Shown piece by piece: positions 48,027 to 56,502 of a DNA stretch of 64,000 bases. Each line of letters starts with the position of its first letter. Within the stretch, counting starts at the first letter, position 1. Source of the DNA: Marinicella sp. (GTDB lineage: Bacteria; Pseudomonadota; Gammaproteobacteria; Xanthomonadales; Marinicellaceae); NCBI GenBank assembly GCA_965230295.1, contig OZ246001.1, forward strand, positions 1,760,001 to 1,824,000. Direction: 5' to 3'. A model generated the notes under the pieces. It had not been told where the DNA came from. It ran no database searches and was given only the letters and a program-made list of their open reading frames with translations. The translations under genes were made by a program, and so were the position numbers.

Positions 48027-50699
48027 ATGCCTAATAAAACCCTGTATTTAGTTGATGGTTCTTCCTATCTGTTTCGCGCATTTTTCTCGCCCGGTTTGAA
48101 CCGGTTGAAGAGTAAAGAAGGCCATCCCACTGGGGTGATGTATGGGGTCACCAACATGCTGAAAAGGATGTTTGATGACTATGACCCTACCTATATGGTG
48201 GTGGTTTTTGATGCCAAGGGCAAAACGTTTCGTCATGATATGTATGCCGAATACAAAGCCAATCGACCGCCCATGCCTGATGACTTGCGAATGCAGTTAC
48301 AACCCACCAAAGACCTGATTAAAGCCATGGGCATTCCGATGTTGGAGGTTCCACATGTAGAGGCCGATGATGTGATAGGTACCTTGGTAAAAAAAGCAGA
48401 GACATTGGGCATAGAAACACTGGTGTCCACCAGCGATAAGGATTTGGCCCAGTTGGTTTCAGCACATGTGACCTTGGTCAATACCATGTCTGATTATGTG
48501 ATGGATGAAGCAGGTGTGATGGAAAAGTTTGGTGTCAGACCGGATCAGATCATAGACTACCTGGCTTTGATCGGCGACTCGTCTGATAACATCCCGGGGG
48601 TTAATAAAGTGGGACCAAAAACAGCAGTTAAGTGGTTACATGAATATGAAACGGTCGATAACATCATCGCTCATGCGGATGACTTCAAGGGAAAAGTCGG
48701 TGAGTACTTGCGTGAAGGTATTGAACAACTGAAGTTGTCCAGAGAGCTGGTTGTGATCAAAAAGGATTGTGATGTTGATTATCAAGTAGGTGATTTTAAA
48801 CTCAAGGACAAGGACATAGCTGCGCTCAATGCCATCGGCAAACAGTATGACATGCGGCGGTTTGCTGAATTGTCTGCAGAGGATGAAGCGGAAACTGAAC
48901 CGTCAGAAAAAATAGAATACGACTGCATCCAAGACATGAAGACATTGGAAAAATGGATGTCAGACATCAAACGAGCAGGTTTGGTGGCTTTTGATTTAGA
49001 AACAGACTCCATCAATCCAATTGGTGCCAACATCATTGGCCTGTCATTCTCCCATGCGCCGGAAAAAGCGGCCTATGTGCCAATAGGTCATGAGACAACA
49101 GAAAGCCAATTGTCATTAAAAGAAGTTTTGTCAGCAGTGGTTCCCGTTTTAGAGTCAGTGGATGTGGTGGGTCAACATTTTAAGTATGACCTCAATGTGT
49201 TGTCTGGCTATGATGTCAAAATCAACAGCCAAAAGTTTGACACCATGCTAGAGTCATATGTGCTCAATGCCTCAGCATCCAGGCACGATATGGATTCGCT
49301 GGCAGCTTTGTATCTGGACAAGAAAACAGTCAAATATGAAGACATTTGTGGCAAAGGTGCCAAACAAATTCCTTTTGCCCAAGTGGCCTTGGATGATGCC
49401 ACCCATTATGCCGCTGAAGATGCCGACATCACTTTACAACTGCATCTTGCCTTGTGGGAACAACTGGAAAAAGCCGAACAAAAAGCGGTTTTTACAGAAC
49501 TGGAAATGCCCTTGGTGAAAGTGTTGGCTGATATGGAGCAAACGGGTGTATTGATTGATCGGGTTGAATTGGCGAAACAAAGTAAGCACCTGGAACTGAG
49601 TATGAACAAACTACAACTCCAGGCTTTCGAATTGGCAGGTAAGGAGTTTAATCTGGGATCACCCAAACAATTACAAGCCATTCTGTTTGAAGAGCAAGGT
49701 TTGCCGGTGTTGAAAAAAACTGCCACTGGTCAAGCCTCTACAGCGGAAGACGTTTTACAAGACCTGTCGGCGGATTATGAATTGCCTGCGGTCATTTTAG
49801 AGTATCGATCTTTGAGCAAACTCAAAAGCACCTACACCGACAAGTTGCCCTTGGAAATCAATGAAAAAACCGGGCGTGTTCATACGTCCTATCATCAAGC
49901 TGTGGCCATTACAGGCCGATTGTCGTCTTCAAACCCAAATCTACAAAACATCCCTATTCGCACCCAAGAAGGGCGCAAAGTGCGCAAAGCCTTCGTCGCA
50001 CCGGATGGGTGGCAATTGATGGCAGCAGATTATTCACAAATTGAGCTGCGGATCATGGCACATTTGTCCCAAGATGAAAATCTGTTGGGTGCTTTTAACC
50101 AAGGAGTGGATGTCCACAGCCAAACCGCTTCACAGGTGTTTGATACAGGTTTGGATGAGGTCAGTGCTGAACAGCGCCGAGCCGCCAAAGCCATTAATTT
50201 TGGTTTGATGTATGGAATGAGTGCTTTTGGGTTAAGTAAACAACTGCACATCAGTCGCAAAGAAGCTTCCACTTATATGAAGCAATATTTTGCCCAATAT
50301 CCCAAGGTCAAAGGCTTCATTGATGGCGTTAAGCAACAAGCGGCAGATCAAGGGTACTTGGATACCCTGTTTGGTCGTCGCTTGTATTTTCCGGAAATCA
50401 ACAACCGCAATGCCCGCGTTCGTGCTGGGGCTGAACGGGCAGCGATCAATGCACCGATGCAAGGCAGTGCTGCAGACATCATCAAAAGGGCGATGTTGGC
50501 CGTTCATAAAAAAACCCATGGAGCAGAAGACATCAGGGTCATCATGCAAGTTCATGATGAACTGGTGTTTGAGGTTAAACAAGGGTCGGCAGAACAATGG
50601 GCACAAAAAATCAAAACCATCATGGAAGGAGTGGTTCAGTTGGATGTGCCATTGGTGGTTGATTATGGGATAGGGAACAACTGGGATGAAGCACATTGA
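48027..50699 (+). CDS. polA: DNA polymerase I
   Basis: LVDGSSYLFRAF, EADDVIGT, FDLET, ADYSQIELR, KAINFGLMYG, QVHDELV. Confidence 0.99.
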   Translation: MPNKTLYLVDGSSYLFRAFFSPGLNRLKSKEGHPTGVMYGVTNMLKRMFDDYDPTYMVVVFDAKGKTFRHDMYAEYKANRPPMPDDLRMQLQPTKDLIKAMGIPMLEVPHVEADDVIGTLVKKAETLGIETLVSTSDKDLAQLVSAHVTLVNTMSDYVMDEAGVMEKFGVRPDQIIDYLALIGDSSDNIPGVNKVGPKTAVKWLHEYETVDNIIAHADDFKGKVGEYLREGIEQLKLSRELVVIKKDCDVDYQVGDFKLKDKDIAALNAIGKQYDMRRFAELSAEDEAETEPSEKIEYDCIQDMKTLEKWMSDIKRAGLVAFDLETDSINPIGANIIGLSFSHAPEKAAYVPIGHETTESQLSLKEVLSAVVPVLESVDVVGQHFKYDLNVLSGYDVKINSQKFDTMLESYVLNASASRHDMDSLAALYLDKKTVKYEDICGKGAKQIPFAQVALDDATHYAAEDADITLQLHLALWEQLEKAEQKAVFTELEMPLVKVLADMEQTGVLIDRVELAKQSKHLELSMNKLQLQAFELAGKEFNLGSPKQLQAILFEEQGLPVLKKTATGQASTAEDVLQDLSADYELPAVILEYRSLSKLKSTYTDKLPLEINEKTGRVHTSYHQAVAITGRLSSSNPNLQNIPIRTQEGRKVRKAFVAPDGWQLMAADYSQIELRIMAHLSQDENLLGAFNQGVDVHSQTASQVFDTGLDEVSAEQRRAAKAINFGLMYGMSAFGLSKQLHISRKEASTYMKQYFAQYPKVKGFIDGVKQQAADQGYLDTLFGRRLYFPEINNRNARVRAGAERAAINAPMQGSAADIIKRAMLAVHKKTHGAEDIRVIMQVHDELVFEVKQGSAEQWAQKIKTIMEGVVQLDVPLVVDYGIGNNWDEAH

Positions 50700-50719
50700 A
50701 GGGATTGCTACAGGGCCGC

Positions 50720-50935
50720 TTCTTTTCACTGTGTGAAAAACCGCAACCCTTTCGCAGGCTTTGATGAGTTGTCCTGTTTGACTCGCGTTGCTCGCCAAGG
50801 GCCAACATGGGTCTGCTTGGTTCCAGGCTGTTTCTTTTCACTGCGTGAAAAACCGCAACCCTTTCGCAGGCTTTGATGATTTGTCCTGTTTGACTCGCGT
50901 TGCTCGCCAAGGGCCATTATGGGTCTGCTTGGTTC
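50720..50935. repeat. Tandem duplication of a 104-bp unit (50720-50823, 50832-50935; period 112)
   Basis: Hand alignment shows 4 mismatches; each unit starts with hairpin TTTTCAC-TG[TC]-GTGAAAA. Confidence 0.95.
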
Positions 50936-50979
50936 GATACAGCTTTGCAAAAACGCCAAACCGGCTTCACAACAGTAAA

Positions 50980-51006
50980 CGTCATTTCCGCGAAGGCGGG
51001 AATCTA
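50980..51006. repeat. REP-like palindrome of the GTCATTCCCGCGAAGGCGGGAATC class
   Basis: CGTCATTTCCGCGAAGGCGGGAATCTA; ATT[T/C]CC-N8-GGGAAT hairpin. Confidence 0.65.
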
Positions 51007-51522
51007 TCCGAATTTGAGCCATGATAAAACCGATAGCACCTCAGTATTCAGTAAGAGAGGTAAGAAAATAAAGAGCTATTCCCGTTCAATCGCCTTGTTT
51101 GCCAAGAAGCAACAAAGGTCTTGTGATTTATAATGGTATCTAAGGAATGTCCTTGGGACTCCATTCTGGTTCATGGTCTGACAGGTCTTCATATTTGCTG
51201 CGCAAATAAACCGACCTTTACAGACTATTGTCTGAGCAGTTGCTTCGCACTGCATGTCTGTTCCTACAAAAGTGAAAGCGGCCACGGCTTGATACCTCGG
51301 GCTTGCACTCTCTGACTGGCTTACAGGGATGTAGGTCTGTCGCGTGAGCAGGATGCGGAAGCGACCAGCGAGGCTTCACGGCTTATCGATCACTCCATCA
51401 AGGCTTCTTGACTTTGTCAAATCGCCATTCTTACATGATCTGCCTAACCGAGTGCGCCGGTCGAGCTGATCATCAGCTCTCCACAGTTTGATTTGGCCAG
51501 AAAGAAAGGAGTGTCTATTGTT

Positions 51523-51819
51523 ATGTTTTTTAAAAGGTGGAAAGTTTATGATCCTCGTTGGTTAGCAGAAGACTGCCAATACGCTTTTTCTGAATACCCT
51601 TGGCTTGAAGATGCATTGAAGCCCTGTTGCAAAGCCAGGAAAAGAAGCGCTTTTTATACGTATTTTGAAAAGCACAGCAGACCGAATGAACCATCGTCAA
51701 ATTGGCAAATTCAAGAAAGCATCCATATAGAGGGGACCCGAGAAGGTGACATTATTCTTGATATCATCAAAGAAAACCGGGTTGGTGGTATTGAGTTTAT
51801 TTCACGCTTGATGAAGTAG
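51523..51819 (+). CDS. Small hypothetical protein
   Basis: AAGGAG upstream of ATG 51523; protein-like composition (EYPWL...GDIILDIIKENRVGGIEF). Confidence 0.6.
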   Translation: MFFKRWKVYDPRWLAEDCQYAFSEYPWLEDALKPCCKARKRSAFYTYFEKHSRPNEPSSNWQIQESIHIEGTREGDIILDIIKENRVGGIEFISRLMK

Positions 51820-51999
51820 CTTGGAAGGATGGTCTGGGATTCCTATCCAAATCTATAGGCTGTGCTGATTTCAGTACTTTCCGGCCAGAAACGGACGACA
51901 TCCTTCGTGCGATGTTGTGTATTATTCTCAATTTTGAAGTCGGTTTTTGATAAAGAGAATGACAGAAAAACTGAAAGCAAAGGGTTGACAAGTTGTTTT

Positions 52000-52212
52000 T
52001 TATACACAGTGTGAAATGGTTTTGTCAAAAAACAAGCCCTTAGCCAAATTCATTTGTTTTGTACATTCAAAAAAAGGCGTAAACAACTGATTTATAAAGA
52101 TTGTGCTTGGTGGTTAAAGTTTAACCAAGGCGTGTGCGGTATAAGTCTCACTTGCAAAAGAAGCAAAAAAATCAAAGTTATGAACAAAGTTATCCACAAT
52201 TTTTGTGGATAA
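52000..52212. promoter_or_regulatory. DnaA-box cluster with IHF site (DARS-like)
   Basis: TTATACACA 52000-52008; IHF consensus AATCAGTTGTTTA (- strand, 52080-52092); TTATGAACA 52178-52186; TTATCCACA 52190-52198; TGTGGATAA 52204-52212. Confidence 0.75.
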
Positions 52213-52260
52213 CTGAAAAGTGTCCAGTGTTGTACAAGCTTACCTGGGTTACTGCGGTGT

Positions 52261-53061
52261 TTAAAAGGTGAAGTACATCCGCAAGGCCAACACAACAATC
52301 AGCCCTGCAAACAGGCGTTTTAACAATGGAATGGGTAAGCGATGGGTTAAATGTGCCCCATAAGAAGTGGTGATTAGGCTGCCAGCCGTGATCGCTAAAG
52401 TGGCTGGCCAATAAACATAGCCCAACACCTGATCTGGTAAATGGACTTGGCCAATGCCTTTGATGATAAACACAAAGCAACCAGCCATGGCCAATGGAAG
52501 ACCAATGCTGGCAGCCGTAGCAATGGCTTTTTTGATGTTGATGCGATGCCAACTCAAGTAAGGTACTGTTAATGAACCGCCACCAATGGCAATCAAGGCG
52601 GACAAAAATCCAATGACAAACCCAACCGGAAGCAGCTCAACGGTCTTGATTTTATCGCTGGCATGGGTCTTGGGCTTGAAGCCAAAAATCATTTGGACTG
52701 CCACAGCCACCATCAGGATCATGAAGATCAAAGCGATGGATTTTGATGGTATTTGAATGACGTAATAGGTGGCCAATCCACTGCCAAGTAAAACAGCTGG
52801 ACTGATTTGGTATGTGATGGGCCACAAAATGGCTTGGTGTTGTTGATGGGTTCTGATACTGATGATGGCATTGATCACTATACAAGACATGGAGGTGGCC
52901 AAGGCCAAATGGACCACCACTTCGGGGCTCATTCCTAGCCACAAAAAATAGGCAGTTAAGGCAGGTACCATGATGGCGCCACCCCCGATACCAAATAAAC
53001 CAGCAAAAAAACCAACCACCATTCCCAGTAAGATCAAAATAATGATACTGGTTACAACCAT
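52261..53061 (-). CDS. Sulfite exporter TauE/SafE family protein
   Basis: GLFGIGGGAIMVP, ALATS, AIGGGSLTVP, GYVYWPA; multi-TM. Confidence 0.9.
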   Translation of the reverse strand: MVVTSIIILILLGMVVGFFAGLFGIGGGAIMVPALTAYFLWLGMSPEVVVHLALATSMSCIVINAIISIRTHQQHQAILWPITYQISPAVLLGSGLATYYVIQIPSKSIALIFMILMVAVAVQMIFGFKPKTHASDKIKTVELLPVGFVIGFLSALIAIGGGSLTVPYLSWHRINIKKAIATAASIGLPLAMAGCFVFIIKGIGQVHLPDQVLGYVYWPATLAITAGSLITTSYGAHLTHRLPIPLLKRLFAGLIVVLALRMYFTF

Positions 53062-53089
53062 GACTCAGATAACAATCGATGCAGAATGG

Positions 53090-54556
53090 TCAGCGCCGCC
53101 GCCCAAACAGCGTCTTCCAAATGGCATTGACCGCTTTGGTGGTTAATCGCCGCTGAAGAGATTTGCCCAGCTTTGTTGCAAAAGAATCTCGTGGTCGACC
53201 TGGTCTGCGTTTTGGCTTGGCTGCCTCTGCTTCCAGTTTGGCTTGTTCCTTGGCCTTTTGTTCAGCCATTTCCTGTTGTCGCTTTTGCAGTTTTTCATGG
53301 GCCGATTCACGGTCAAGACCCGTGTCATATTTCCCACCCACAGGGGACCGTTCCATCACCAATTTTCGTTCGGCATCGGTTGCAGGGCCCATGCGACATC
53401 GAGGGGGGGCTATTTTGACTCGATCCACCACAGTGGGAGCACCTTTCTCTTCCAAAGTAGACACCAAAGCTTCACCCACGCCCAATTCAGTAATCACGTC
53501 AGCGGTATTAAAGTTGGGGTTGGGTCGGAAGGAATCTGCCACAGCCCTGATGACTTTTTTATCTTTTGGTGTGTAAGCCCGCAGGGCATGTTGAATTTTA
53601 TTACCCAGCTGACCCAATATGTCTTCAGGTATGTCACCAGGTGATTGGGTACAGAAATAAACCCCAACGCCTTTAGACCGAATCAATCTGGCCACTTGTT
53701 CAATGCGCTTCAGTACTTCTTTGGGTGAATCTTCAAAGATCAAGTGTGCTTCATCAAAAAACAACACCAGTTTTGGTACCGGGAGGTCACCGACTTCTGG
53801 CAAGGTTTCAAACAATTCAGTCATTAACCACAGCAAAAATGAGGCATACAATTGTGGTTTCATCATCAAGTCCCTGGACTCCATGATGCTGATGATGCCG
53901 TTACCAGACATGTCTTGGCGCATCAAGTCTTTCAATGCCAAAGCTGGCTCACCGAACAGCTGGTCAGCACTCTGTGACTCCAAATTCAACAATCGACGTT
54001 GGATGGCACCAATGGATGCGTTGGTGATGCGCCCGTATTCGGCAGAAATGCTTTTGTGATGCTCTCCCATGAAATGCAGCAAAGATTTCAAATCCTTCAA
54101 GTCCAACAACGGCATTTGATTTTCTTCAGCATACCTAAAAGCCACCGCAACCACGCCTTCTTGTACATCGGACAGTTCCAACAATCGGCTTAAATACATC
54201 GGGCCAATTTCTTCTATGGTGGTCCTCACTGGGTGGCCGTGTTTCTTAAATATGTCCCAGAATATGGTTGGAGACCCTTCGTAACGGTAGTTTTTGATGT
54301 GGAGTTTTTTGGCCCGGTTGTCTAAAAACTCTTTTTGTTTTCCAGCTTGGGACAAGCCAGAAACGTCGCCCTTGATGTCAGTAACAAAGACCGGGACACC
54401 CAGCTCTGAAAAATTTTCTGCCAACACTTGCAAAGTAACTGTTTTACCAGTTCCTGTGGCGCCTGTGATTAAGCCATGACGATTGGCAAAATGACCTAAA
54501 ATCATGGCTGGCTTTTCACCATGGCCGAAATGTAAAACTTTCTGTTCTGTGCTCAT
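53090..54556 (-). CDS. HerA-like ATPase (DUF853/YjgR family)
   Basis: NRHGLITGATGTGKT, FFDEAH, LIRSKGVGVYF, QHALRA. Confidence 0.92.
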   Translation of the reverse strand: MSTEQKVLHFGHGEKPAMILGHFANRHGLITGATGTGKTVTLQVLAENFSELGVPVFVTDIKGDVSGLSQAGKQKEFLDNRAKKLHIKNYRYEGSPTIFWDIFKKHGHPVRTTIEEIGPMYLSRLLELSDVQEGVVAVAFRYAEENQMPLLDLKDLKSLLHFMGEHHKSISAEYGRITNASIGAIQRRLLNLESQSADQLFGEPALALKDLMRQDMSGNGIISIMESRDLMMKPQLYASFLLWLMTELFETLPEVGDLPVPKLVLFFDEAHLIFEDSPKEVLKRIEQVARLIRSKGVGVYFCTQSPGDIPEDILGQLGNKIQHALRAYTPKDKKVIRAVADSFRPNPNFNTADVITELGVGEALVSTLEEKGAPTVVDRVKIAPPRCRMGPATDAERKLVMERSPVGGKYDTGLDRESAHEKLQKRQQEMAEQKAKEQAKLEAEAAKPKRRPGRPRDSFATKLGKSLQRRLTTKAVNAIWKTLFGRRR

Positions 54557-54560
54557 TTGA

Positions 54561-55937
54561 TTATGATGTTGTGTATTGGCCGTGTAGCCAGTTAAAAATG
54601 GCAACCATGCCGAGGGCCTCTCCACCTTCAGTACCACCCGTGCGATCACCGAAATTCCAGCCGTAGGTGTCAACATGGACCCATGCTATTTCGGGTGCTA
54701 CGAAATGTTCCAAAAACAAGGCAGCTGTGATGCAACCTGCTTGAGGTATCGAACCGGTGTTTGACAAGTCAGCAATGCTGGATTTGATGTATTTTTTGTA
54801 ACTTTGTTGCAACGGCAAAGGCCAAGTCTCATCATGGGTCAATTGGCCACTGGCAAAGATGCCATCACTGATTTCTTTGCGGTTGGAAAAAATGGGCGTG
54901 ACCGTTGGTCCCATGGCCACCCTGGCTGCACCGGTTAGGGTGGCAAAGTCAATGATCAATTCTGGTTTAGATTCACTGGCATAAGTCAATGCATCTGCCA
55001 ATATGACGCGGCCTTCAGCGTCGGTATGGCCTATTTCTACAGTTTGACCTGATCGGGTTTGAGCCACGTCGCCTTGTCGATAAGCATTGCCTGACACAGC
55101 ATTTTCGACGGTTGGGATCAACACCTGTAAACAAACCGGTAATTGGTGATCTATGATCATTTGGGCCAGCCCAAAGACATGTGCACCACCACCCATGTCT
55201 TTTTTCATCCAGCGCATGAATTGAGCGGCTTTCATGTTGTTGCCACCGGTATCAAAACAAACCCCTTTGCCCACCAGTGAAATTTTCGGGTGTGCCTCAT
55301 TGCCCCAGTTCAATTCTATTAACCTGGGAGCTTTGTGACTGGCTCGACCAACGATATGAATGGAAGGAAAGTTTTCGGTCAACAATGCTTCACCAATAAT
55401 CTCGGTAAAAGTGGTGTGATTTTGTTCTGCAAAGGATTCAGCAAAAGCAGACATCTCGGTGGGTCCCATGTCATCTGCGGGTGTATTGATCAAATCCCGA
55501 ACCATCGAAGTGGCGTGGATGGCAGACAGTTCGTAATGATGGTCTTTGATGTTGTTAACCACCAGAACAGCACATTCTTTGGTTTTGATGTAGCGATCAA
55601 ATTGGTAGCTGCCAAATCCCCAGCCTAAAATGATGGCGGTGGTGATTTCTGCCGTTTCGCTTTCCACATGATAATGTCCCAGCGGTATTTTTTTTATCGC
55701 ATGGGCAAAGCTGTATGGGCTCAAATCATCCGCAATGGTCAGGTAAATTTTGGCAATGGAACCATCGGCCTTGCGATCAACCAGAAAATTACCTGCCTTT
55801 TTACCCAACTGCTGTTGTTCTGCAGAGGACTTCAAAAAGTCATTCTGTGCCTCTAGCCAAGTATCATAGGTGCCTTTGATGATTGGGATAACCGGCGTGG
55901 TTTGGCCTTCATATTCCGAGCTGATGTGATGTGTCAT
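54561..55937 (-). CDS. M17 leucyl aminopeptidase family protein
   Basis: VGKGVCFDTGG, MKKDMGG, TDAEGR, DFATLTGA. Confidence 0.94.
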   Translation of the reverse strand: MTHHISSEYEGQTTPVIPIIKGTYDTWLEAQNDFLKSSAEQQQLGKKAGNFLVDRKADGSIAKIYLTIADDLSPYSFAHAIKKIPLGHYHVESETAEITTAIILGWGFGSYQFDRYIKTKECAVLVVNNIKDHHYELSAIHATSMVRDLINTPADDMGPTEMSAFAESFAEQNHTTFTEIIGEALLTENFPSIHIVGRASHKAPRLIELNWGNEAHPKISLVGKGVCFDTGGNNMKAAQFMRWMKKDMGGGAHVFGLAQMIIDHQLPVCLQVLIPTVENAVSGNAYRQGDVAQTRSGQTVEIGHTDAEGRVILADALTYASESKPELIIDFATLTGAARVAMGPTVTPIFSNRKEISDGIFASGQLTHDETWPLPLQQSYKKYIKSSIADLSNTGSIPQAGCITAALFLEHFVAPEIAWVHVDTYGWNFGDRTGGTEGGEALGMVAIFNWLHGQYTTS

Positions 55938-56028
55938 GTCAAAATGTATGTAATGAGAATAGAATGATTATACTCAAGGCTTATTTGAATATCGACACCG
56001 TTGTCAATTGTTCACATAACGAGGTATT

Positions 56029-56502
56029 TTATTTTGTTTGGTAGATCATTTCTTGGTGAGGAATCAAGTCTTCCAGATAGTATTGTCCGGTACTGACAAA
56101 CCCCAAGTTAACATAAAACTGATGCAAGTAAGATTGAGCAGATATTTTGAGCGGGTGCTCAGGAAAACGATCAAGGCATGCAAGGATGGCCGCTTTCATT
56201 AAGGCCCCGCCGACTTTTTCATGCCTCACTTGTTCGGCAACCACCACTCGGCCAATGCTGATGTACTCGTTGTTATTTTGTTCAGGTGTCAGGATGCGCG
56301 CATAGGCCACCAAATCACCATTGTCAGCTTTTTTGAACAGGTGTAAAGCGTCCTCATCAAGTCCATCAAGGTCCAAATAGGGGCAGTCCTGTTCAAGTAC
56401 AAAAACGGCATTTCTGAGTTGCATCAGCTGATACAACTCATGGAGGCTCAGTTCGGCAAATTTGCGCAATGAAAATTCTGAATCATTCAAAGTCATCAGC
56501 AA
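56029..56502 (-). CDS. elaA: ElaA-like GNAT acetyltransferase
   Basis: LRNAVFVLEQDCPYLDLDG, IGRVVV, ISAQSYL..FY, YLEDLIPH. Confidence 0.88.
   Translation of the reverse strand: MLMTLNDSEFSLRKFAELSLHELYQLMQLRNAVFVLEQDCPYLDLDGLDEDALHLFKKADNGDLVAYARILTPEQNNNEYISIGRVVVAEQVRHEKVGGALMKAAILACLDRFPEHPLKISAQSYLHQFYVNLGFVSTGQYYLEDLIPHQEMIYQTK

Noticed and set aside
50720-50935. CRISPR array
   Set aside because: Only two units, 104-bp repeats with an 8-bp spacer, no cas genes
50232-51022. Minus-strand ORFs starting MASNASQTGQ or containing ALGEQRESNRT in duplicate
   Set aside because: Translation artefacts of the DNA tandem repeat; one is antisense to polA
51056-51065. Spot 42 (spf) sRNA expected downstream of polA; AGAGGTAAGA matches part of its 5' region
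   Set aside because: Only a 10-mer match; the remaining conserved sequence and terminator are absent
53090-54556. HerA ATPase as an anti-phage system
   Set aside because: DUF853/YjgR housekeeping-type sequence with no SIR2, NurA or nuclease partner
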